DNA of 64,000 nucleotides, taken from the NCBI GenBank assembly GCA_903851045.1, contig CAINNF010000017.1, positions 34,353 through 98,352 of the forward strand, written 5' to 3'. The notes under the pieces were generated by a model. That model was not told the origin of the DNA and made no database searches. It was given only the letters and a program-made list of their open reading frames with translations. Position numbers and translations under genes: made by a program. This DNA comes from Candidatus Adlerbacteria bacterium. GTDB lineage: Bacteria; Patescibacteriota; Minisyncoccia; Phycocordibacterales; SBAW01. Positions 17,775 to 28,400 of the stretch are shown piece by piece (within the stretch, counting starts at the first letter, position 1; the number at the start of each line of letters is the position of its first letter).

Positions 17775-17969
17775 TTATGCGTGGAGCCTATGCACTCTTT
17801 CTTCAGCACTCATAGCACGTGCAAGATAGCTAGGGGTAACCGGAAGGTCATGCTCGTTGAGACGACGCTCCCAAGCTTGACGTCGTTCGCGCAAGGCAGC
17901 GATTGCCTTGTCGTCGGTCGGCCAACCCTTCAAGGGGTCGAACGATGCTCCACCCGCAACTGCACCCAT
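17775..17969 (-). CDS. small hypothetical protein (64 aa)
   Basis: ATG (complement 17967-17969) is preceded by AGGAGA RBS at 8-nt spacing, and the ORF is followed immediately by the 17726-17753 hairpin. Protein-like composition (MGAVAGGASFDPLKGWPTDDKAIAALRERRQAWERRLNEHD...). Confidence 0.4.
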   Translation of the reverse strand: MGAVAGGASFDPLKGWPTDDKAIAALRERRQAWERRLNEHDLPVTPSYLARAMSAEERVHRLHA

Positions 17970-18147
17970 CTCTGGTATCTCCTACTGGCAGAGACCCACG
18001 TTTCTGCCACGGGCAGTATGTCATTTACTAAAAAAAGTGCAACTGGGTTGTGCACTTGCCGCTGTTCAATATCGTTCTGGCTTAATGTGAGAAAAAATGA
18101 TTAGATAGAAATATCCGCGCCATTAGCAGTGCATCAACGCGGAAGTA

Positions 18148-18342
18148 ATGAAAGGGCGTGCTCGTATGTGTGAGAATCCGGATCCAACCCCTGAACTGAA
18201 GGATTGGCAGCCCAATGGGCGTCTGATCGGCGACGAAACGGGTGCTCAAACCCACGGACCAAGGCGTCGCCGGATTGTGGAGTGGGACGGTGCCGCCATG
18301 GTATCGGTCCCTGTCGATGATGAGAGCATCGAGGGCATGTAG
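18148..18342 (+). CDS. possible small ORF (64 aa)
   Basis: ATG 18148 with a GGAAG-like RBS. Convergent with rnr. Weak support only. Confidence 0.2.
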   Translation: MKGRARMCENPDPTPELKDWQPNGRLIGDETGAQTHGPRRRRIVEWDGAAMVSVPVDDESIEGM

Positions 18343-18356
18343 TCGCCCAAAAGTGT

Positions 18357-20408
18357 CTAGGCTAGTTCGAAATCCAGCGTGCGAGCCGAGAGGTCGGCAG
18401 CGACCAACTTGACTCGCACCCTGTCTCCAAGCGTAAATCGCTTCTTCGTACGCTCTCCCACGAGAGCGTATTTTTTTTGGTCATGAGTGAAGAAGTCGCT
18501 CCCGAGCGAACGGACGCGCACCAAGCCCTCAGCCGAACTTTCTTCATCTTCGACATAGATACCCCAGTCGGTGACGCCCGAGATGATGCAGTCGAACTCA
18601 CGGCCTACTTTATCGAGCATATACTCGACCTGTTTGTAGCGGATGGAGTCGCGCTCGGCCTCGACCGCCTTGGCCTCTTGTGCACTGGCGTTGAGGCACA
18701 TGCGCTCCAGGCCGCCGAACTCGCGGCTGGTGAGCGGGTGACCGTCGAGGTGCGATGCGACGATGCGGTGCACGAGCAGGTCGGGGTAGCGGCGGATAGG
18801 GGAGGTGAAGTGGGTGTAATACTCGAACGCAAGCCCGAAGTGACCGATGTTCTTGGTCGAGTAGATCGCCTTCGCCATGGAGCGAAGGGTGGCGGTGCGG
18901 ATAAGATGCTCCTCGGGCTTACCCTCGATCTGCTTGAGCAAGCTCGCAATATCTCGAGCAGATATTTTTTTCTTTGGTGTGTGGGTCGCTCCGGAGTGGG
19001 ATGCGTCCCGCGGAGCTTTAGCGGAGTGGGAGAAGTCGTATCCGAGCGCACGGACGAACGTGCCGAGGTCGTCGATACGGTCTGCCTTGGGTTCGTCGTG
19101 GATGCGGTAGAGGAAGATGGGCGCCTCTTGTGCTTGGTTGGAAAGTTTTGAAATATATTTCGCGACCTCACGGTTGGCGAGCAACATGAACTCCTCGATA
19201 AGCGAGTTGGTCTCGATGCGCTCCTTGCGCACCACTTTGAGAGGCTTGCCCTCCTCGTCGAGCACGAAGCGGACCTCATTGTCGCCGAAGTCTATCGCGC
19301 CCTCTCGCTCGCGACCTTTCTTGAGGATGCGCGCGATGGTGCGCAGATGGTTGAGCTCGGTGAGGTATGGGCCATCCTGCTTGTCGAGGATCTCCTGCGC
19401 CTCTTCATAGACGAAGCGCTTGTTGGAGCGGATGATAGTACGCTCGAACTTTCGCTCCAGTACTTGGCCGGAGGAGGTGATATGAAAGATGGCTGAGAAG
19501 GCGAGTCGGTCCTCGTCCTGTTTGAGACTACAGACGTTGCCCGAGAGCTCGTGGGGGAGCATCGGGATGGTCGCGTCGACAAGATAGACGGAGGTGCCGC
19601 GCTTCACCGCCTCGTCGTCCAGCCGTGTGCCGGGGCGCACGAAGAAGCTCACGTCGGCTATGTGGATACCGATCTCGAAGATGTGGCCGCCAAGGTCGCG
19701 GATAGAGAGTGCATCGTCGTAGTCTTTGGCGTCCGCCGGGTCGATAGTGAAGGTGGTTCGGTCGCGGAAGTCACTTCGGTTCTTTGCCTCGCTTTCGATC
19801 GTGTGGGCATAGTTTCGCTCGATCTCCTTCGCCTCGCGTGCGACATCGTCGGGGAAGGAGGTCGCGAAGCCGTGCTCGAGCACGATGGCGTTCATCTCGG
19901 TACGATGGTCGCCGGCGGTGCCGATGATCTGTGTCACCGAGCCAGTCGGGTCAGCCTTGCCGTCGAACGCCTCTAACTTCACGAGCACCTTCATCCCGAC
20001 CTGCGCGTCGTCGGGGACCGAGAGGAGTTTGAAGGTGCGATACATGCGGGCATCGTCAGGAGTGGCGCTCCACACCGCGCCCTGTTTTTTGAGCACACAG
20101 ACGAACTCGCTGCGTGAGCGCTCCTCGACCTTCTTGACGACCCCTTTGGGGCGGGGGAAGAGACCGGTCAACTCGACCGACACGATGTCGCGGTTAAGCG
20201 CACCACCAAGATGCTCCGGCGCGACCTCTATATCTTGCAAAGCCGAGACGCCCTCCTTCGCCGAGGCTTCGAAGGGCAAGTACCCCACGCCTTTTCGCGT
20301 GACCGATATACTGCCTGTTACGAGCTTTTTCTGCGCCGGATTTCCCTGGTGCCGAGAAGCTCCTGTGCTGGGGCCGCGGCCCTTACCTGGAGTCATTGAT
20401 ACAGACAC
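18357..20408 (-). CDS. rnr: ribonuclease R (RNase II family 3-prime to 5-prime exoribonuclease)
   Basis: RNB-domain signatures HFGLAFEYYTHFTSPIRRYPDL and YLVDATIPMLPHELS. Cold-shock and S1-like flanks. 683 aa. Confidence 0.9.
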   Translation of the reverse strand: MSVSMTPGKGRGPSTGASRHQGNPAQKKLVTGSISVTRKGVGYLPFEASAKEGVSALQDIEVAPEHLGGALNRDIVSVELTGLFPRPKGVVKKVEERSRSEFVCVLKKQGAVWSATPDDARMYRTFKLLSVPDDAQVGMKVLVKLEAFDGKADPTGSVTQIIGTAGDHRTEMNAIVLEHGFATSFPDDVAREAKEIERNYAHTIESEAKNRSDFRDRTTFTIDPADAKDYDDALSIRDLGGHIFEIGIHIADVSFFVRPGTRLDDEAVKRGTSVYLVDATIPMLPHELSGNVCSLKQDEDRLAFSAIFHITSSGQVLERKFERTIIRSNKRFVYEEAQEILDKQDGPYLTELNHLRTIARILKKGREREGAIDFGDNEVRFVLDEEGKPLKVVRKERIETNSLIEEFMLLANREVAKYISKLSNQAQEAPIFLYRIHDEPKADRIDDLGTFVRALGYDFSHSAKAPRDASHSGATHTPKKKISARDIASLLKQIEGKPEEHLIRTATLRSMAKAIYSTKNIGHFGLAFEYYTHFTSPIRRYPDLLVHRIVASHLDGHPLTSREFGGLERMCLNASAQEAKAVEAERDSIRYKQVEYMLDKVGREFDCIISGVTDWGIYVEDEESSAEGLVRVRSLGSDFFTHDQKKYALVGERTKKRFTLGDRVRVKLVAADLSARTLDFELA

Positions 20409-20499
20409 TATACAGGATTTATTGACTTTGTACTAGAACCTGCTAAAGTCTCTATATCCCTACTCGGGTCCGCCGGTTGGCGGAATTTTAAGATAAACT

Positions 20500-20874
20500 A
20501 TGATAACCATCCGACTCCAGCGCCGCGGCCGAAAAAATGACCCGTCCTTTCGTGTAATCGTCGTTGACTCAAAGAAGAAGCCGAAGACCGGCAGCTACCT
20601 CGAAATGGTCGGTTCCTACGACCCACGCACCGATCGTGTCGAGCTAAAAGGTGATCGCATCAAGACATGGATCAGCAATGGCGCGACCGTCTCTGGCACA
20701 GTGCACAACCTCCTTATTTCGAACAAGATCATCGAAGGAAAGAAGGTGAACGTGTTGCCAAAGAAAACCCCTCCGAAGAAAGAGCCAGTAGCGGCTGCCG
20801 CCCCGGCAGCGCCAGTTGTAGCGACCCCAGCGCCTGTGGACGCCGCGGTTGCAACCCCCGCAAGTGCAGAGTAA
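20500..20874 (+). CDS. rpsP: 30S ribosomal protein S16 with Ala/Pro-rich C-terminal extension
   Basis: MITIRLQRRGRKNDPSFRVIVVDSKKKPKTGSYLEMVGSYDP matches the bS16 N-terminus. Tail KKTPPKKEPVAAAAPAAPVVATPAPVDAAVATPASAE. Confidence 0.9.
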   Translation: MITIRLQRRGRKNDPSFRVIVVDSKKKPKTGSYLEMVGSYDPRTDRVELKGDRIKTWISNGATVSGTVHNLLISNKIIEGKKVNVLPKKTPPKKEPVAAAAPAAPVVATPAPVDAAVATPASAE

Positions 20875-20912
20875 TCTTAATAGGATCACTTTAACAAACT
20901 AAATATACGGCC

Positions 20913-21278
20913 ATGGCAGAAAAAGATCAGGAGTTTTTGGAATTTGTGGTGAAAGGGTTGGTCGAGAATCCAGACGAGGTAAAGATCGGTCGGTCGGTAG
21001 ATGAGATGGGAGTCCTGTTGACGCTCGACCTCAATCCTGACGACATGGGTAAGGTCATCGGCCGCTCCGGCAATACCGCCAAAGCTATCCGTACGCTCCT
21101 GCGCGTCGTCGGCATGAAGCACAATGCCCGCGTCAATCTTAAGATCAACGAACCAGCGGGCGGCACTCGCGCAGCAAGTACCGGCAGCGCCGACACCGGC
21201 TGGGACGGTACCCACGAAGCCCCCGTCACCCCCGCGATGAAGTCGATAGACGAAGCGATGGGCTCGCTCGACCTCTAG
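20913..21278 (+). CDS. KH-domain RNA-binding protein (YlqC/UPF0109-like)
   Basis: GKVIGRSGNTAKAIRTLLRVVG KH core. Sits in the canonical position between rpsP and trmD. Confidence 0.75.
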   Translation: MAEKDQEFLEFVVKGLVENPDEVKIGRSVDEMGVLLTLDLNPDDMGKVIGRSGNTAKAIRTLLRVVGMKHNARVNLKINEPAGGTRAASTGSADTGWDGTHEAPVTPAMKSIDEAMGSLDL

Positions 21279-21335
21279 TTTTTCTTTCAAGACAAAAAAC
21301 AAGATCCGTGTTACTTTGGTGACACGGATTTTTGT

Positions 21336-22133
21336 ATGAATTTTCATGTCGTTACCTTATTCCCCGAAGTGGTGGACGCTTATGCACAGGCGTCTATTCT
21401 TGGTCGTGCTCAAGAAGAGAAGAAGTTGAGCGTGAAGACGTACCAGCTGCGGGATTTTGTAACGAACCACGTAAAACCGCTTCGCGGCCACGTGGCAGGT
21501 ACGTGGGGATACAAGAAGGTCGATGAGCGGCCGTATGGTGGTGGCCCAGGGATGGTACTGCAGGCCGAGCCTTTCATCCGCGCCATTGAGACAATCCAAA
21601 AAAAGATCAACAAAAATAAACGTAGTCAGACTGCGTTAGTTGGGAGTGGGCGGAAGGTGCGTGTGTTGGTGACTGCTGCGGGTGGTAAGACGCTTACCAA
21701 CGCGTATGCTAAGGCGCTCACGAAAGAGGAGAACGTCATCATTTTGTGCGGACGATACGAGGGGATCGATGAGCGGGTGAAGAAGGTTGCGACTGCTTTG
21801 GGTGCGAAGGTTGAGGAGGTTTCGGTTGGCCCCTACATCCTCACTGGGGGTGAGCTGCCCGCGCTCACTATCATCGATGCGGCTGCTCGCCAGATACCGG
21901 GAGTACTCGGTAAGTTCGAATCTCTGGAGGAGGGAAGGGTTGCCAGCCACGAGATCTACACCCGACCGGAGGTCTTAGAGTGGAAGGGGAGGGACGGCAA
22001 GGTAAAAAAGTATCGAGTCCCGAAGGTCCTTTTGTCCGGCAACCACGCCAAAATGGACGAATGGAAGGCCAAAAAGCGCTCAATGGGGGCAGATGTGGAC
22101 AAACAGGCCCCAAAAGGCTTGACTCGCCTCTAA
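21336..22133 (+). CDS. trmD: tRNA (guanine37-N1)-methyltransferase
   Basis: MNFHVVTLFPE start, YGGGPGMV and CGRYEGIDERV SPOUT-knot motifs. Confidence 0.9.
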   Translation: MNFHVVTLFPEVVDAYAQASILGRAQEEKKLSVKTYQLRDFVTNHVKPLRGHVAGTWGYKKVDERPYGGGPGMVLQAEPFIRAIETIQKKINKNKRSQTALVGSGRKVRVLVTAAGGKTLTNAYAKALTKEENVIILCGRYEGIDERVKKVATALGAKVEEVSVGPYILTGGELPALTIIDAAARQIPGVLGKFESLEEGRVASHEIYTRPEVLEWKGRDGKVKKYRVPKVLLSGNHAKMDEWKAKKRSMGADVDKQAPKGLTRL

Positions 22134-22458
22134 ATACCCTTATACTTGTAGATGAAACCAAAAGCGGGCAGTCCTAGGCGAAAGCTGAAGGGCGAAACGA
22201 GTGAGTAACGAGAGCGGGGTTTCTCACAAAAAACAGGGTGGCACGAAATAATTAAAGCTTCATAGAGGAAGCCGGGAGCATTGTATATGCGCCCCTTATT
22301 TGCGTGTTTGGGAGGTGTTGATATCTCCCTTGCTCCGTCTTCGACTTTGAGATACCTACAGGGATCTCACGTGTGGATAGCGAGCTTGCGTCGATAGTAG
22401 AAAAGGTGGTAGCGGGATTTTACTAACTTTATAAACGTTCGATAAGAGAAACACGTAT

Positions 22459-25400
22459 ATGCGAGAGAAAAAGTATTTCAGCCGGTTCCGTGCGCCGCGT
22501 GTCGAGACGCCGAATCTCGTCGAGGCACAGGTCGAGTCCTATAAGGAGCTTCTGAAGGGTGGCGTGAAGGATATCTTCAAGGAGTTCACTCCTATCAAGG
22601 ACTACTCCGGCAAGAAGTTCGACCTTGAGTTCGTGAAGATCGAGCTCGGTGAGCCGAAATTCGACGAGCACTACGCCAAGGAGCAGAAGATGACGTTGGA
22701 TATGCCGCTACGCGGTATCGTTCGGTTGCGCAACAAGACCACCGGCTCCGAGAAGGAGCAGGAGATCTTCCTTGCGGACTTCCCCGTGATGACCGACCAC
22801 GGTACCTTCATCATCAACGGTGTCGAGCGTGTCATCGTCCCCCAGCTGGCACGCTCCTACGGTGTCTTCTTTACCGCCGAAGAGGTGAAGGGTAAGCGTC
22901 ACTTCGGCGCGAAGCTTATCCCGGCCCGCGGCGCATGGATCGAACTCGAAGCTGAGTCTGACGGCGGTCTCGCTGTCCGTATCGACCGTAAGCGAAAGTT
23001 CCCCGCGCTCTCCCTCCTGCGCGTGTTTGGTGCGACCTCCGACGAAGATCTCAAGAAGCTCTTTGCCGACTCCGAGCACGGACTTCGCTGGATCGAAGAC
23101 GCGCTTTCCAAGGATGTGACCAAGTCCGTCGATGATGCGTACGTCGAGATCCACAAGCGTTTGCGTGATGGTGACTTGGCGACCGTTGCGAACGCTCGCG
23201 AATACATCAACTCCATCTTTAGTGAGGACCGCTACGACCTTTCCCGCGTCGGGCGCTTCCGCTTCAACCAACGCTTCGACCTCTCGCTCGAAGAGGCTGA
23301 CCTCGCACGCAAGACACTCTCGCTCGCTGACCTTGTCATCGTCTTCAAGCACATCCTTGAGCTCGAGAACGACCCTGATGCGGTCGAGGACAATATCGAC
23401 CACCTCGGCTCGCGCCGCGTCCGCTACGTCGGCGAGATGCTCCAGCAGCGCCTTCGTGTCGGCCTCACCCACATGAAGCGCAACATCCAGGACCGCATGT
23501 CGACGATCGACACCGATGCGTCCATGCCACAGCAGTTCGTTAACCCGCGACCACTGCAGGCCCGTATCAAAGAATTTTTTACCACCAACCAGCTCTCCCA
23601 GTTCATGCAGCAGGAGAACGCGCTCACCGAGCTCGAACACCTGCGAACGCTCTCGGCACTGGGTCCCGGAGGTCTCACGCGCGAGCGCGCGGGCTTCGAG
23701 GTTCGCGACGTCCACCCATCCCACTACGGACGCCTCTGCCCGATCCACACCCCTGAAGGCCCGAACATCGGCCTTATTCTGCGTCTCTCGACGTTCGCCC
23801 GCGTCAACGCGTTCGGCATGATCGAGACGCCGTACGTCAAGGTTGAGAATGGTCATATCACGAAAGAGATCGTCTATCTCAACGCTGCAGAAGAAGAGAA
23901 GCGTTCTATCGCACACGGTGCGGTCAAGGTCGTCAACGAGAAGTTCGTCGATGAGTTCGTCGATGCGCGTCTCAACAGCGTCCCGACACGCGTCGCCGCG
24001 AAGGATGTCGAACTGATGGATGTGACGCCGGAGCAACCGTTCTCGGTCGCAACCTCAATGATTCCGTTCCTTGAGCACGACGACGCGAACCGTTCGCTCA
24101 TGGGTTCGAACATGCAGAAGCAGGCGACCCCGTGCATCCTTCCTGAGGCGCCGCTCGTCGGCACCGGTATGGAGGAGCGTGCTGCAAAGGACACTGGCCG
24201 CCTCATCATCGCGAAAGAGGATGGTATGGTGGTCCAAGCAGACGGCAAGCACATCATCGTTCGCAACCAGAAGGGGAAGGACACCGAATATCCGCTCATC
24301 AACTTCGTCCGTACCAACGGCTTTACCGCGCTCCATCAGCGACCAAGTATCTCGGTCGGCACCGCGGTCAAGAAGGGTGACCTGCTCGGCGACACCTCGT
24401 CGACCGACGGCGGCCAGCTCGCACTCGGGCAGAACTGCCTCGTCGCCTTTATGTGTTGGTCGGGTGCGAACTACGAAGACGCCATCATCATCTCTGAGCG
24501 CATGGTCAAGGACAGCAAGTTCTCCTCTATCCACATCGAGGAGTTCGTCTGTAACGTGCGCGACACCAAGCTTGGCGCCGAAGAGACCACTCACGATATC
24601 CCGAACGTCTCCGAGACGAAGCTCCGCAACCTCGACGAGGACGGCGTGGTTCGTGTCGGTTCCGAAGTGCGCCCAGGCGACATCCTGGTCGGCAAGATCA
24701 CACCGAAAGGCGAGACACAGCTCACTCCTGAGGAGCGACTCCTTCGTTCGATCTTCGGTGACAAGGCGCGCGATGTGAAGGACTCGTCCCTTCGCATGGA
24801 GAATGGCAAGCGCGGTCGCATCATCGGCGTCAAAGTCTTCTCCCGCGAAGCGGGCCACCAGCTCGAAAGCGGCATCATCAAGCGCATCCACATCGAGGTC
24901 GCGCAGCTGCGCAAGGTCTCGGTCGGCGACAAGCTCGCAGGTCGTCACGGCAACAAGGGCGTTATTTCCCGCATCCTGCCCGAAGAGGATATGCCATACA
25001 CCGCGGACGGTCGTCCGGTCGACGTCATCCTGACACCGCTGGGCGTGCCGTCTCGTATGAACCTCGGACAAATTTTGGAGCTGCACCTCGGACTCGCTGC
25101 GAACACCCTTAACTACCAAGCTATCTGTCCGCCGTTCGCGGGAGCGACCGAAGTCGAGATCCGCGAGGAGTTGAAGAAGGCCGGCTTTAACGAAAGCGGC
25201 AAGATGCAGCTCTTCGACGGTCGTACCGGCGAGGCGTTCGAGCAGGACATCTCGGTCGGCTACATGTACATCTTGAAACTCCACCACATGGTCGAGGACA
25301 AGATCCACATGCGCTCGATCGGACCGTACTCTCTTATCACCCAGCAGCCACTGGGCGGTAAGGCACAAGGCGGCGGTCAGCGCTTCGGCGAAATGGAGGT

Positions 25401-28400
25401 GTGGGCACTGCTCGGCTACGGCGCGTCATATACGCTGCGCGAGATGCTCACGATCAAGTCCGACGACATCAGTGGTCGGTCCGCAGCCTTCGACTCTATC
25501 GTGCGCGGTGAGCGCATCAACCACCACTACGCGCCGGCATCCTTTAACGTGCTCCTCCACACCCTGCGCGGTCTCGCGCTCGACGTCGAGCTGATGCGCG
25601 GCGGCAGTGCGGTCACCAACGCGCGCAAGACGCCGGGTGCCGAGGCCTCCGACTTCGACTCGGTGCGCATCCGACCAGCATCCCCTGAACGCATCTTGGA
25701 ATGGTCGCACGGCGAGGTCACCAAGCCTGAAACCATCAACTACCGCACCCAACGTCCAGAGAAGAACTCGCTCTTCGACGAGAAGATCTTCGGTCCTGAG
25801 CGCGACTATGAATGTTACTGCGGTAAGTATCGCGGCATTCGCTACAAGGGTATCGTCTGCGAGAAGTGCGGTGTCGAGATCACTCGCTCAATAGTCCGTC
25901 GCGAGCGCATGGGTCACGTCGACCTGGCGGTCCCGGTCGCACACGTATGGTTCCTTCGCGCTATTCCGTCGCGTCTCGCCATGGTGCTCGGCATCTCTGG
26001 GGGCGATCTCGAGAAGGTCGTCTACTTCGCGGGCTACATCGTCAACCAGGTTCACCGTGAGGAAAAGGAGCGCATCATCGGCGAACTCGAAGCTGAGTAC
26101 AAGTCGAAGATGAAGAATCTCCAGGACGAGAAGTCGAAGGACAAGATGAAGGACCTCTTCCTCGATGCCAAGCGCGACATCGACTCTATCGTCATCGGTG
26201 CGGTACTCGACGAGCCACGCTACCACCGCTATGTCATCAAGTACGGCGCGATGTTCGAGGCCGGTATCGGTGCCGAAGCGCTCTACAACCTGTGCAAGAA
26301 CCTCGATGTGAAGCAGATGATCGCCGACACGGTCACGGCGCTCGAAAAGGCCGGTGCCGCAGAGCGCGAGAAGCTCGGCAAGCGACTCTCGATCCTGCGC
26401 GGTATGGCGAAGTCCAACATTCGCCCCGAGTGGATGTTCCTGACCCGCATCCCGATCATCCCGCCAGGCCTGCGACCGATGGTCGCGCTCGACGGCGGCC
26501 GTCATGCGACCTCCGACATCAACGACCTCTACCGACGCGTCATCAACCGCAACAATCGTCTCAAGAAGCTCATCGAGATCCATGCGCCGGACGTCATCCT
26601 CCGCAACGAGAAGCGCATTCTGCAGGAAGCGGTCGACACGCTCATCGACAACTCTATCCGCCATGGCGGCGCGGCGTTCTCTGCGACGACCCAGGCGCGC
26701 ACACGACCGCTCAAGTCGCTCTCCGACAACCTCAAAGGTAAGCACGGTCTCTTCCGTCAGAACCTGCTGGGTAAGCGCGTCGACTACTCGGGTCGCTCTG
26801 TCATCGTCGTCGGTCCAGAACTTCGGCTCAACCAGTGCGGTCTGCCGAAGCACATGGCACTGGAACTCTTCCGTCCGTTCGTCATCGGCAAGCTCCTCGA
26901 GAAGGAACTCGCCTATAACATCCGCGGCGCGGGTCGTCTTATCGACGAAGGCGTACCGGAGGTATGGGCGATCCTCGAAGATGTCATCCGCGACAAGTAC
27001 GTGCTGCTTAACCGCGCACCGACCCTCCACCGCTTGGGTATTCAGGCCTTCCAGCCGATCCTTATCGAAGGGAACGCTATCCAGCTGCACCCGCTCGTCT
27101 GTTCGGCGTTCAATGCGGACTTCGACGGCGACCAGATGGCCGTCCATGTGCCGCTCTCACCTGAGGCGCAGGCGGAGGCTCGCGAGATCATGTCCGCGAC
27201 CAAGAACATCCTCAAGCCGGGTAACGGCGAGCCGGTCATCGCATCCAAACTGCTCGACATTCTGCTCGGTACGTATTGGATGACCAAGGAAGTGAAGGGC
27301 GCAAAGGGCGAGGGTCTCGCATTCTCGAGTCCGAACGCCGCCATTCTCGCGTACGACCACGGTCGCGTCGGCTTCCAGGCGAAGATCCGTGTGATGCCGA
27401 GTGAGAAAGAGAAGTATGCCGCGTTCGGCAATCAGCTCTTCGAGACGACCGCAGGCCGACTCCTCTTCAACACCGTCTTCCCGAACGACTACCCATTCGT
27501 CAATACTGCGATCGACAAGAAGGGTCTCGCGAAACTCGTCGACAACCTTATCGACCGTTATGGACTCGAGAAGATCCCGGATACCATGGACAAGATCAAG
27601 AACTTCGGTTTCCGTTACGTCACCCAGTCCGGTATCACCTGGTCGCTCGACGACATACGTGTCCCGGCCGAGAAGGATGGCATCATCATCGAAGCACAGC
27701 GCAAGTCGCACGAAGTCGTCGAACACTGGGAGCAAGGCTTGCTCTCCGAGGAAGAGCGCTATCGCATGAACATCGAGATCTGGCACGACGCGAAGTCACA
27801 GGTCGAGAAGTGCATCCCAGCGACGCTCCCGATCGACGGTTCGGTCTCCGACATGATCAAGTCAGGCGCCCGCGGCTCTATCGGACAAGTGACGCAGATG
27901 GCCGGCATGAAGGGTCTCATCTCATCACCATCGGGTGATACGATCGAACTCCCGGTGACGAAGTCCATGAAGGAAGGTCTCTCGCCACTTGAGTACTTCC
28001 TCACGACGCACGGTTCGCGCTCGGGCCTCGCCTCAACGGCGCTCTCGACCGCGAAGGCCGGGTACCTCACGCGCCGACTCTTTGACGTCGCACAAGACAT
28101 CGTGGTCTCCAGCGACGAATGCGGCACGAAAGAGGGTCTCACGATCCACCGTGTCTCCGCATCCGGCATCGGTACCTTCCTTGCGAAGAACATCGAAGGT
28201 CGCTACTTGGCAGAGGATGTCATGCACGACGGTAAGCTCATCTATAAGAAGGGGCAATTCCTGCTCGGACCGGACGCTCGTCATATCGAAGAGCTCGGTG
28301 TGCAGTCGGTATACGTTCGCTCTCCTGTAGGTTGTAAGTCACACCGCGGCATCTGCGGGCACTGTTATGGTGCGGACCTCTCGACCGGCAAGCCTGTCGC

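Noticed and set aside
22708-27147. Three long minus-strand ORFs (442, 437 and 419 aa) inside rpoBC
   Set aside because: Antisense shadow ORFs of a highly conserved gene, with no motifs and biased Arg/Asp composition.
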